A stretch of DNA of 64,000 bases from Eledone cirrhosa (lineage: Eukaryota), in contig OZ024742.1 of the NCBI GenBank assembly GCA_964016885.1, forward strand, positions 247,070,001 through 247,134,000, in the 5' to 3' direction. Shown one piece after another: positions 29,901 to 39,071 of this stretch (its first letter is position 1; every line of letters starts with the position of its first letter). The notes under the pieces are model-generated. The model saw only the letters and a list, made by a program, of their open reading frames with translations. It had not been told where the DNA came from and searched no databases. The translations under genes were made by a program, and so were the position numbers.

Positions 29901-30342
29901 GCATGGAGGTGCCGTCAGCCGGGCATGTCCGAGATGCGCGCAGGGCGACGAAACCGTCCTGCACGCACTCGTCCAGTGTCCGAAAATTGCTGACTTGTGG
30001 GTTTATGTCGAACACCTGCTGTCGCGTTTAGGACGGATCCAGCTATCATCTGAGTCTATCGTGAGGATTGCCCCGCCCTCCTCCTTTAGCCGGGAAGGGC
30101 AGGCAGTTTTTATCTGTCTGGTGGCCATGGCGAAAGAGATAGTATGGTGGACACGTTTGAAAGGGCTGAAGACGAGCACTTACCTCTTCGGTGATGCTCT
30201 GATTGACTTTTTCAAATTTCATTTGAAAAGGAAAATCAGAGTAGAGAAGGAAGTGCTCTCTTCCCAGCATTTTGTTGAAAGATGGGTGAGAGAAGCAAGA
30301 ATGGCCCGAGTGAATGGGCCGACTCTGAGTATATATCTGTAA
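26923..30342 (+). CDS. Tx1 ORF2: AP endonuclease + reverse transcriptase + C-terminal CCHC, copy 1
   Basis: 1139 aa. APE motifs SINARGL, SETR, GDWN, YLDR, TDH; RT motifs KSPGLDG, FRPITLLN, DQSKAFDRV, RQGCPLS, YADD; CPRC..ETVLHALVQC. Confidence 0.97.
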   Translation: MTSLRIGSINARGLGSSWKQGHLLNDLRSLNIDVVAISETRISEARAFAPIFGGYDVYASPSRPGSGGGVAVLFRRGLDLAIRAIFLDPEGKLVVLDVTSGDGQAFRLVAVYAPTGAGRPDFFRRLETFLGTSRSLVLVGDWNGILDARWDCVGLADRGGGCKSLTNLLRRFELSDRYRLDFPNVPMWTWTNRIGSSRSYLDRVFCREIDRSSIGCPQFKIVSYTDHKFVICVLDLDRLHRRGPGYWKLNASLPARKAYRDRISELVKRALTGAIVNNKWWFALKRAIRIESIRFSKALAIEKNRAEGELVRKLDEALSKGIATDVLAAKLALDQFFNAKHEGCVVRARVRALRHEGTKAVQWARVAEARRGNKATIRSLVDHDGRMLLDPGQMCEAFQRHFAQLFGGSGGPGRGMDFSVYLDGLPRLSATEAKCCEKPITAAEVREAMTGCTRGKSPGLDGLPYELYVQMPDLFGGLLADVYCNWQQNGRIPSSVSRGAVALLRKDPNKGDNIDNFRPITLLNTEFKILAKVLAKRLALVVGGLVGEAQTCAIPDRSIHDNLHLMRYIVERVAREPGTGGSLINLDQSKAFDRVDHRYLAAVLRAAGFGPVFRGWIAAMHSDICSVVRVNGHLSEPFNIMRSVRQGCPLSSLLYVLTLEPLLHKLETLRGVPRELGCGRSVSAYADDVTVVVSNAKHIEAIGTTLREYEAVTGAMINQEKSVGLQLGTWRGRSMPSNSVVGRWTDGPVKLLGVWFGPDLQTDKNWDEVTSRVASLTQKWAERKLSLKGRAEVANAYIASVICYRLTVVPCSKPRLTALERLLFRFLWKGRAPMVRRSICCQHPLRGGLGMPWLMMRRHALRLRHLHLFLDGDQVWSPFARRVFPQLVSLTELQSWVKRRPRGSAWRLECLQALTALDQSGNVIGGNSTSAFYRGLVEGKSDDVLGETLGVDENQLANLFGRTFGPGPMDNFQKSLAWQCYRGALPVRDKLYRHGGAVSRACPRCAQGDETVLHALVQCPKIADLWVYVEHLLSRLGRIQLSSESIVRIAPPSSFSREGQAVFICLVAMAKEIVWWTRLKGLKTSTYLFGDALIDFFKFHLKRKIRVEKEVLSSQHFVERWVREARMARVNGPTLSIYL

Positions 30343-30603
30343 ACTAAAGGTGGAAAACTGGGAGAGGGCACTTGCCTTGGTGGTCAGGGTCATTGTGGCT
30401 TTTTACTGGGCTTTCTCCACAAATGTCCCTCCGAAGTCTCCCCCCTATTGGGGAATTTTTCATTGTTATTTTCATTGTTATTTTTGTTACATCCTCTATT
30501 TTTGTTTTTTTTACACGCAGAAATGCCCATTTGTACCGTCCTGCATTGTCCTGCACTGTCCTTAATGTCTACTTTATGTAAACCCTTGTGGTTAATAAAG
30601 AAA

Positions 30604-30647
<44 letters not shown>

Positions 30648-30860
30648 GAATGCCATGGTTGACGGAGGCTCGGCTCTGTAAGGTATAGTAATTTTTAACC
30701 GTTAAAACAATTGTAAATTGTTTAAAACTTGAACCAAATTGTTGATAAAGACACCCTCCTCCTCGTGAGAGGGGTCTTTCTGTCCGTTATTTGGCCCTTC
30801 GGGGTTAAATAGCCAGTTATTGGGGTTTTGTACCCAAAATTTCATTTTAAACAAAAAAAC

Positions 30861-32957
30861 ATGGCTACCAAAAAGAAATTTCATACGTCACTCCCACTCA
30901 TTCCGTCTTCTTCTTCCTCAATCATCACTACAGGAGAGAGAAGATTGTCTCTCTCCCTCCCTTCTTTAAATGTGTCTCTCTCCCTCCCTTCTCTTTCGCA
31001 AGCGACGAAAGAAAAGAAAAGTCTCGTGCAAAGCGTGCAAGGTTTCTCCACGACGACGACGACAGCGACGAAACAGGTGTGCGGGAAATACGAAAACCCA
31101 GTTCATTCGTCTGACGTCAGGAATAATAGCACTAGCAGCCGTAATAACAACAGCAACAGTGACAATGAAAACAACAGTAGCAGCCGCAACAGCATCACCA
31201 GCAGCATAAACAACAACAGCATTAGCAGCAGCAACACCAACAACAACCACAGCAACAGCGGCGGAAGCAGTAGTCGTAGTACCTGCAGCAACAACAAAAG
31301 TACCAGCAGCTCTGACGACAACAACAACAGCAGAGAAAAACCAATCTCATTTGCAGGTATTGCGAAAAATTTGGAAACAATCCTCATAACAAATGAGGAA
31401 TTAGAGGAAGCGAAGAAGATGGTGACAAAGAACGGACACCGAGCAATCTGCAAGGCAGCGAAAAAATTTTTCGAAACCCAAGAGCACTGTACGGTCACGT
31501 ACCGTACAGTAAGTACAAAATCCCGTAGGGTGGAAAGAGCCACAGAGGCCCAAATACAAAAAGCCTTGGGGTCTGTGTGGCAGCGGAAAACGCACATCAC
31601 CCGAGGCAAAAAATATGCCACCGTAGACGTACTTTTTGCCACACCCCAGGAGGCAAAGGCCCAATCAGTAGTGACCCTAAGGAGCGAGGAAATGGTGTTG
31701 GTGCCCTCCTACTGTGGGCAAAAAATTGTGAGGGTCAAACTGACCCACGTCCCCCCCGGAATGACCCCTTCTTGGCTGGCCGCGTCTGTCCTCGTCGGAA
31801 TCGAGGACAAAACAACTGTACTGCAAGTACAGAAAAAAGTAAGAGAAGATTGGGTCGGCTCCTCCATTGAGATGCTAATCCAAACCAACCAGGAGTGCAT
31901 CGAAGCTATCCCGGATGTGATAGACTTCGATAACGGCACTCAACTGCCCATAAGTGTTGAGGGCAAACGCCCGAAATGCTTTCGCTGTGGATCGAAGACT
32001 CACCTCAGGGCCTTCTGCAACGAGAAGACCCTGAGAAAGGAGAAAACCCCCCTCCTTCCGAATCCGGCTCCACGGCTACCAGCAACAGGACAAGCGGCAA
32101 CCAGGAACGATAGGCCCGTGGCACCCATACCCACTCCACGGAAATCAAAAACAGCAGCAGCAGTGGAAATACTAACAACAACAACAGCAATACCAAATGC
32201 AGCTGCAACAGAGACTCCAGTGCAAACATCACCAACAACAACAAGTGAAAGAGTGGAGTTGGTACCCCTCCCCGACCTCACAGAATCAGACATGGAGTGT
32301 GAGGTGGGAGAGAGATGGCAAAAGGTCGTAAGAAGGCACAAACGCAGAAGCAGCGCATCGTCGCCTTTGAAAAGTGAGGAAAGAAATGAGAAAAGGGTAA
32401 AGTCTACTGCAAAGAGACCCACAGCAGCAACAACACCAACACCATCACCACCCACACTAGCGCCACCATCACCACCGGCGACAACCCCACCGCCAACAAC
32501 ACCTTCAACACCACCACCACAAGCACCAACATCGCAAACACAACAACAAAACACACACACCCAGCAACAACGACAAGAAAATAGCAGAACCACACCCCAC
32601 CCCCAGAAAAACAAATGCACGGCAATAAACACACACAACAAGAAACTAATGACTTACATAATTGAACACACAGACATTTCACAACAGGACTACATAATAC
32701 CAGCACCAATCAAAACGCCAACTAACATAAGACTGCTAAAAATAGCACAGAAACAATACACAAACATTAAAACGAAATTCCCCAACGCAGTTGGTGATTT
32801 CAGGGACCTAGGAGGAACCATTAATCGAAGAGTATATTCAGACATTCTCTTAGAAGAGCCGACGACCAGCCGAAGGGACGATTCAACGGTCCCTTCACCA
32901 GACGATCAAGTGAAAAGGGATGTAAAAACCATCCCTCCTCTACCAAAAATACGGTAA
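30861..32957 (+). CDS. Tx1 ORF1, copy 2
   Basis: ATG at 30861, open frame, CCHC knuckle. Confidence 0.9.
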   Translation: MATKKKFHTSLPLIPSSSSSIITTGERRLSLSLPSLNVSLSLPSLSQATKEKKSLVQSVQGFSTTTTTATKQVCGKYENPVHSSDVRNNSTSSRNNNSNSDNENNSSSRNSITSSINNNSISSSNTNNNHSNSGGSSSRSTCSNNKSTSSSDDNNNSREKPISFAGIAKNLETILITNEELEEAKKMVTKNGHRAICKAAKKFFETQEHCTVTYRTVSTKSRRVERATEAQIQKALGSVWQRKTHITRGKKYATVDVLFATPQEAKAQSVVTLRSEEMVLVPSYCGQKIVRVKLTHVPPGMTPSWLAASVLVGIEDKTTVLQVQKKVREDWVGSSIEMLIQTNQECIEAIPDVIDFDNGTQLPISVEGKRPKCFRCGSKTHLRAFCNEKTLRKEKTPLLPNPAPRLPATGQAATRNDRPVAPIPTPRKSKTAAAVEILTTTTAIPNAAATETPVQTSPTTTSERVELVPLPDLTESDMECEVGERWQKVVRRHKRRSSASSPLKSEERNEKRVKSTAKRPTAATTPTPSPPTLAPPSPPATTPPPTTPSTPPPQAPTSQTQQQNTHTQQQRQENSRTTPHPQKNKCTAINTHNKKLMTYIIEHTDISQQDYIIPAPIKTPTNIRLLKIAQKQYTNIKTKFPNAVGDFRDLGGTINRRVYSDILLEEPTTSRRDDSTVPSPDDQVKRDVKTIPPLPKIR

Positions 32958-32992
32958 GTGGTCTTTCCCATCTTTTCCACTCTATTTTAAAC

Positions 32993-35900
32993 ATGACCTC
33001 ACTCAGAATAGGCAGCATAAATGCGCGTGGCTTGGGGTCGTCATGGAAGCAGGGTCACCTGCTCAACGACCTCAGGTCACTAAACATAGATGTAGTGGCC
33101 ATCAGCGAGACCAGAATCTCCGAAGCACGGGCCTTCGCACCGATCTTCGGCGGCTACGATGTGTACGCATCTCCCAGCCGTCCTGGATCGGGTGGAGGAG
33201 TTGCTGTGCTTTTTCGGAGAGGTTTGGATCTCGCCATACGGGCCATCTTCCTGGACCCAGAGGGTAAGCTGGTGGTGCTGGACGTGACCAGCGGAGACGG
33301 GCAAGCTTTCAGGCTAGTGGCCGTCTATGCCCCGACAGGAGCAGGGCGGCCTGATTTCTTCCGGCGTCTGGAGACCTTTCTTGGAACGTCGCGCTCTTTA
33401 GTGTTAGTGGGCGACTGGAACGGGATCTTAGATGCACGCTGGGACTGTGTGGGATTAGCGGATAGGGGTGGAGGGTGCAAGAGCCTCACCAACCTGCTCA
33501 GGCGTTTTGAACTGTCTGACAGGTACCGATTGGATTTCCCGAATGTGCCAATGTGGACTTGGACAAACCGCATAGGGTCATCCAGATCATATCTAGATAG
33601 AGTATTTTGTAGGGAAATAGATAGGTCTAGCATAGGCTGTCCACAATTCAAGATAGTCAGCTACACGGACCACAAATTCGTGATCTGTGTGCTTGACTTA
33701 GATAGGCTTCATAGACGAGGACCCGGCTACTGGAAGCTAAACGCGTCCTTACCAGCGCGCAAGGCCTACAGAGACCGGATTAGCGAACTAGTTAAGCGGG
33801 CGTTGACGGGGGCCATCGTCAACAACAAGTGGTGGTTTGCTCTGAAAAGAGCGATTAGAATAGAATCGATTAGGTTTAGTAAGGCTTTAGCAATAGAGAA
33901 AAATAGAGCAGAGGGAGAACTAGTTAGAAAATTAGACGAGGCGCTTAGCAAAGGCATTGCGACCGACGTGCTTGCGGCGAAATTGGCCCTTGACCAATTC
34001 TTCAATGCAAAGCACGAAGGCTGCGTTGTCAGAGCTAGGGTGCGTGCTCTCAGACACGAGGGGACGAAAGCCGTTCAATGGGCCCGAGTGGCGGAGGCGC
34101 GTCGTGGCAACAAAGCCACGATCCGGTCTTTGGTGGACCACGACGGGCGCATGCTACTCGATCCCGGGCAAATGTGTGAAGCTTTTCAGCGACACTTCGC
34201 TCAGCTGTTCGGGGGCAGCGGGGGGCCGGGTAGAGGGATGGACTTTAGTGTCTACCTCGACGGACTGCCGCGGCTCTCGGCCACTGAGGCGAAGTGTTGC
34301 GAAAAGCCGATAACAGCCGCTGAAGTAAGGGAGGCAATGACTGGCTGCACAAGGGGTAAATCGCCTGGTTTGGATGGTCTGCCCTATGAACTTTACGTAC
34401 AGATGCCAGACTTGTTCGGAGGCCTCTTGGCGGACGTCTACTGCAACTGGCAACAGAACGGGAGAATTCCCAGTTCTGTGAGCCGAGGAGCGGTGGCACT
34501 GCTGAGAAAGGATCCGAACAAGGGGGATAACATAGACAATTTCCGGCCCATAACTCTGCTAAACACAGAGTTTAAGATTTTGGCCAAGGTGCTAGCAAAG
34601 AGGTTGGCGCTTGTCGTTGGTGGTCTGGTGGGAGAGGCGCAGACATGCGCCATTCCCGACAGATCCATCCACGACAACCTCCACCTCATGCGATACATCG
34701 TAGAGAGGGTAGCTAGGGAACCTGGCACGGGTGGGTCCTTGATCAATTTAGATCAGTCGAAAGCTTTCGATAGGGTCGACCATCGTTACCTAGCGGCAGT
34801 CCTGAGGGCGGCTGGCTTTGGGCCCGTCTTCAGAGGCTGGATCGCTGCCATGCACAGCGACATCTGCTCTGTGGTGAGAGTGAACGGTCACCTGTCGGAA
34901 CCGTTCAACATCATGCGCTCGGTCCGCCAAGGATGTCCCCTCTCGTCCCTCTTGTACGTATTGACGCTCGAGCCATTACTGCACAAACTGGAGACGTTGA
35001 GGGGAGTCCCGCGCGAACTAGGATGCGGAAGATCCGTGTCAGCATATGCGGACGATGTCACCGTAGTGGTGTCGAACGCCAAACACATCGAGGCGATCGG
35101 CACTACACTAAGAGAATACGAAGCGGTGACAGGAGCAATGATCAACCAGGAAAAGTCAGTGGGCCTGCAGCTCGGCACCTGGAGAGGCAGGTCCATGCCG
35201 TCCAACAGCGTCGTCGGGCGCTGGACGGACGGACCGGTTAAATTGCTAGGGGTCTGGTTCGGTCCGGACCTCCAGACGGACAAAAACTGGGACGAGGTGA
35301 CGAGCAGGGTGGCTTCTCTCACCCAGAAATGGGCGGAGAGGAAGCTATCCCTGAAAGGTCGAGCGGAGGTGGCTAACGCGTACATCGCGTCTGTCATCTG
35401 CTACCGCCTAACCGTCGTACCTTGTCCTAAGCCTCGCCTGACTGCGCTGGAGCGTTTGCTCTTTCGCTTTTTGTGGAAGGGACGTGCTCCGATGGTCAGG
35501 CGGTCCATCTGTTGTCAACACCCGCTACGTGGAGGGCTGGGCATGCCGTGGCTGATGATGCGCAGGCACGCGCTCAGGCTACGACATCTCCACCTCTTCC
35601 TCGACGGTGATCAGGTGTGGTCGCCGTTTGCTAGACGCGTTTTTCCCCAGCTCGTTTCCTTGACGGAGCTGCAGTCCTGGGTCAAGCGAAGACCGAGAGG
35701 GAGCGCCTGGAGACTGGAATGTCTTCAGGCGCTCACAGCCCTCGACCAATCGGGCAATGTGATCGGTGGAAACTCCACCTCGGCGTTCTATAGAGGATTA
35801 GTGGAGGGGAAGAGCGACGACGTACTTGGGGAAACTCTAGGCGTCGACGAAAATCAACTAGCCAATCTCTTCGGAAGAACTTTCGGGCCAGGGCCTATGG

Positions 35901-36412
35901 ACAACTTCCAGAAATCTCTGGCCTGGCAGTGCTACCGAGGAGCCTTGCCAGTTCGGGATAAACTCTACAGGCATGGAGGTGCCGTCAGCCGGGCATGTCC
36001 GAGATGCGCGCAGGGCGACGAAACCGTCCTGCACGCACTCGTCCAGTGTCCGAAAATTGCTGACTTGTGGGTTTATGTCGAACACCTGCTGTCGCGTTTA
36101 GGACGGATCCAGCTATCATCTGAGTCTATCGTGAGGATTGCCCCGCCCTCCTCCTTTAGCCGGGAAGGGCAGGCAGTTTTTATCTGTCTGGTGGCCATGG
36201 CGAAAGAGATAGTATGGTGGACACGTTTGAAAGGGCTGAAGACGAGCACTTACCTCTTCGGTGATGCTCTGATTGACTTTTTCAAATTTCATTTGAAAAG
36301 GAAAATCAGAGTAGAGAAGGAAGTGCTCTCTTCCCAGCATTTTGTTGAAAGATGGGTGAGAGAAGCAAGAATGGCCCGAGTGAATGGGCCGACTCTGAGT
36401 ATATATCTGTAA
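32993..36412 (+). CDS. Tx1 ORF2 (APE-RT-CCHC), copy 2
   Basis: 1139 aa, all catalytic motifs intact. Confidence 0.97.
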   Translation: MTSLRIGSINARGLGSSWKQGHLLNDLRSLNIDVVAISETRISEARAFAPIFGGYDVYASPSRPGSGGGVAVLFRRGLDLAIRAIFLDPEGKLVVLDVTSGDGQAFRLVAVYAPTGAGRPDFFRRLETFLGTSRSLVLVGDWNGILDARWDCVGLADRGGGCKSLTNLLRRFELSDRYRLDFPNVPMWTWTNRIGSSRSYLDRVFCREIDRSSIGCPQFKIVSYTDHKFVICVLDLDRLHRRGPGYWKLNASLPARKAYRDRISELVKRALTGAIVNNKWWFALKRAIRIESIRFSKALAIEKNRAEGELVRKLDEALSKGIATDVLAAKLALDQFFNAKHEGCVVRARVRALRHEGTKAVQWARVAEARRGNKATIRSLVDHDGRMLLDPGQMCEAFQRHFAQLFGGSGGPGRGMDFSVYLDGLPRLSATEAKCCEKPITAAEVREAMTGCTRGKSPGLDGLPYELYVQMPDLFGGLLADVYCNWQQNGRIPSSVSRGAVALLRKDPNKGDNIDNFRPITLLNTEFKILAKVLAKRLALVVGGLVGEAQTCAIPDRSIHDNLHLMRYIVERVAREPGTGGSLINLDQSKAFDRVDHRYLAAVLRAAGFGPVFRGWIAAMHSDICSVVRVNGHLSEPFNIMRSVRQGCPLSSLLYVLTLEPLLHKLETLRGVPRELGCGRSVSAYADDVTVVVSNAKHIEAIGTTLREYEAVTGAMINQEKSVGLQLGTWRGRSMPSNSVVGRWTDGPVKLLGVWFGPDLQTDKNWDEVTSRVASLTQKWAERKLSLKGRAEVANAYIASVICYRLTVVPCPKPRLTALERLLFRFLWKGRAPMVRRSICCQHPLRGGLGMPWLMMRRHALRLRHLHLFLDGDQVWSPFARRVFPQLVSLTELQSWVKRRPRGSAWRLECLQALTALDQSGNVIGGNSTSAFYRGLVEGKSDDVLGETLGVDENQLANLFGRTFGPGPMDNFQKSLAWQCYRGALPVRDKLYRHGGAVSRACPRCAQGDETVLHALVQCPKIADLWVYVEHLLSRLGRIQLSSESIVRIAPPSSFSREGQAVFICLVAMAKEIVWWTRLKGLKTSTYLFGDALIDFFKFHLKRKIRVEKEVLSSQHFVERWVREARMARVNGPTLSIYL

Positions 36413-36673
36413 ACTAAAGGTGGAAAACTGGGAGAGGGCACTTGCCTTGGTGGTCAGGGTCTTTGTGGCTTTTTACTGGGCTTTCTCCACAAATGTCCCT
36501 CCGAAGTCTCCCCCCTATTGGGGAATTTTTTCATTGTTATTTTCATTGTTATTTTTGTTACATCCTCTGTTTTTGTTTTTTTACACGCAGAAATGCCCAT
36601 TTGTACCGTCCTGCATTGTCCTGCACTGTCCTTAATGTCTACTTTATGTAAACCCTTGTGGTTAATAAAGAAA

Positions 36674-36726
<53 letters not shown>

Positions 36727-36939
36727 GAATGCCATGGTTGACGGAGGCTCGGCTCTGTAAGGTATAGTAATTTTTAACCGTTAAAACAATTGTAAATTGT
36801 TTAAAACTTGAACCAAATTGTTGATAAAGACACCCTCCTCCTCGTGAGAGGGGTCTTTCTGTCCGTTATTTGGCCCTTCGGGGTTAAATAGCCAGTTATT
36901 GGGGTTTTGTACCCAAAATTTCATTTTAAACAAAAAAAC

Positions 36940-39036
36940 ATGGCTACCAAAAAGAAATTTCATACGTCACTCCCACTCATTCCGTCTTCTTCTTCCTCAA
37001 TCATCACTACAGGAGAGAGAAGATTGTCTCTCTCCCTCCCTTCTTTAAATGTGTCTCTCTCCCTCCCTTCTCTTTCGCAAGCGACGAAAGAAAAGAAAAG
37101 TCTCGTGCAAAGCGTGCAAGGTTTCTCCACGACGACGACGACAGCGACGAAACAGGTGTGCGGGAAATACGAAAACCCAGTTCATTCGTCTGACGTCAGG
37201 AATAATAGCACTAGCAGCCGTAATAACAACAGCAACAGTGACAATGAAAACAACAGTAGCAGCCGCAACAGCATCACCAGCAGCATAAACAACAACAGCA
37301 TTAGCAGCAGCAACACCAACAACAACCACAGCAACAGCGGCGGAAGCAGTAGTCGTAGTACCTGCAGCAACAACAAAAGTACCAGCAGCTCTGACGACAA
37401 CAACAACAGCAGAGAAAAACCAATCTCATTTGCAGGTATTGCGAAAAATTTGGAAACAATCCTCATAACAAATGAGGAATTAGAGGAAGCGAAGAAGATG
37501 GTGACAAAGAACGGACACCGAGCAATCTGCAAGGCAGCGAAAAATTTTTTCGAAACCCAAGAGCACTGTACGGTCACGTACCGTACAGTAAGTACAAAAT
37601 CCCGTAGGGTGGAAAGAGCCACAGAGGCCCAAATACAAAAAGCCTTGGGGTCTGTGTGGCAGCGGAAAACGCACATCACCCGAGGCAAAAAATATGCCAC
37701 CGTAGACGTACTTTTTGCCACACCCCAGGAGGCAAAGGCCCAATCAGTAGTGACCCTAAGGAGCGAGGAAATGGTGTTGGTGCCCTCCTACTGTGGGCAA
37801 AAAATTGTGAGGGTCAAACTGACCCACGTCCCCCCCGGAATGACCCCTTCTTGGCTGGCCGCGTCTGTCCTCGTCGGAATCGAGGACAAAACAACTGTAC
37901 TGCAAGTACAGAAAAAAGTAAGAGAAGATTGGGTCGGCTCCTCCATTGAGATGCTAATCCAAACCAACCAGGAGTGCATCGAAGCTATCCCGGATGTGAT
38001 AGACTTCGATAACGGCACTCAACTGCCCATAAGTGTTGAGGGCAAACGCCCGAAATGCTTTCGCTGTGGATCGAAGACTCACCTCAGGGCCTTCTGCAAC
38101 GAGAAGACCCTGAGAAAGGAGAAAACCCCCCTCCTTCCGAATCCGGCTCCACGGCTACCAGCAACAGGACAAGCGGCAACCAGGAACGATAGGCCCGTGG
38201 CACCCATACCCACTCCACGGAAATCAAAAACAGCAGCAGCAGTGGAAATACTAACAACAACAACAGCAATACCAAATGCAGCTGCAACAGAGACTCCAGT
38301 GCAAACATCACCAACAACAACAAGTGAAAGAGTGGAGTTGGTACCCCTCCCCGACCTCACAGAATCAGACATGGAGTGTGAGGTGGGAGAGAGATGGCAA
38401 AAGGTCGTAAGAAGGCACAAACGCAGAAGCAGCGCATCGTCGCCTTTGAAAAGTGAGGAAAGAAATGAGAAAAGGGTAAAGTCTACTGCAAAGAGACCCA
38501 CAGCAGCAACAACACCAACACCATCACCACCCACACTAGCGCCACCATCACCACCGGCGACAACCCCACCGCCAACAACACCTTCAACACCACCACCACA
38601 AGCACCAACATCGCAAACACAACAACAAAACACACACACCCAGCAACAACGACAAGAAAATAGCAGAACCACACCCCACCCCCAGAAAAACAAATGCACG
38701 GCAATAAACACACACAACAAGAAACTAATGACTTACATAATTGAACACACAGACATTTCACAACAGGACTACATAATACCAGCACCAATCAAAACGCCAA
38801 CTAACATAAGACTGCTAAAAATAGCACAGAAACAATACACAAACATTAAAACGAAATTCCCCAACGCAGTTGGTGATTTCAGGGACCTAGGAGGAACCAT
38901 TAATCGAAGAGTATATTCAGACATTCTCTTAGAAGAGCCGACGACCAGCCGAAGGGACGATTCAACGGTCCCTTCACCAGACGATCAAGTGAAAAGGGAT
39001 GTAAAAACCATCCCTCCTCTACCAAAAATACGGTAA
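36940..39036 (+). CDS. Tx1 ORF1, copy 3
   Basis: ATG at 36940, open frame, CCHC knuckle. Confidence 0.9.
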   Translation: MATKKKFHTSLPLIPSSSSSIITTGERRLSLSLPSLNVSLSLPSLSQATKEKKSLVQSVQGFSTTTTTATKQVCGKYENPVHSSDVRNNSTSSRNNNSNSDNENNSSSRNSITSSINNNSISSSNTNNNHSNSGGSSSRSTCSNNKSTSSSDDNNNSREKPISFAGIAKNLETILITNEELEEAKKMVTKNGHRAICKAAKNFFETQEHCTVTYRTVSTKSRRVERATEAQIQKALGSVWQRKTHITRGKKYATVDVLFATPQEAKAQSVVTLRSEEMVLVPSYCGQKIVRVKLTHVPPGMTPSWLAASVLVGIEDKTTVLQVQKKVREDWVGSSIEMLIQTNQECIEAIPDVIDFDNGTQLPISVEGKRPKCFRCGSKTHLRAFCNEKTLRKEKTPLLPNPAPRLPATGQAATRNDRPVAPIPTPRKSKTAAAVEILTTTTAIPNAAATETPVQTSPTTTSERVELVPLPDLTESDMECEVGERWQKVVRRHKRRSSASSPLKSEERNEKRVKSTAKRPTAATTPTPSPPTLAPPSPPATTPPPTTPSTPPPQAPTSQTQQQNTHTQQQRQENSRTTPHPQKNKCTAINTHNKKLMTYIIEHTDISQQDYIIPAPIKTPTNIRLLKIAQKQYTNIKTKFPNAVGDFRDLGGTINRRVYSDILLEEPTTSRRDDSTVPSPDDQVKRDVKTIPPLPKIR

Positions 39037-39071
39037 GTGGTCTTTCCCATCTTTTCCACTCTATTTTAAAC

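Larger units (their letters stand above)
24575..30605 (+). mobile_element. Full-length Tx1-clade LINE, copy 1
   Basis: 5'UTR, ORF1, 35-nt spacer, ORF2, 3'UTR with AATAAA, (ATT)n. Confidence 0.95.
30648..36675 (+). mobile_element. Full-length Tx1-clade LINE, copy 2
   Basis: Near-identical to copy 1; both ORFs open. Confidence 0.95.

Noticed and set aside
24575-30605. LTR retrotransposon or CRISPR-like interpretation of the repeated junctions
   Set aside because: No protease, integrase, RNase H, PBS or LTRs; the APE-RT layout is non-LTR. Spacers are simple ATT repeats, not unique spacers.
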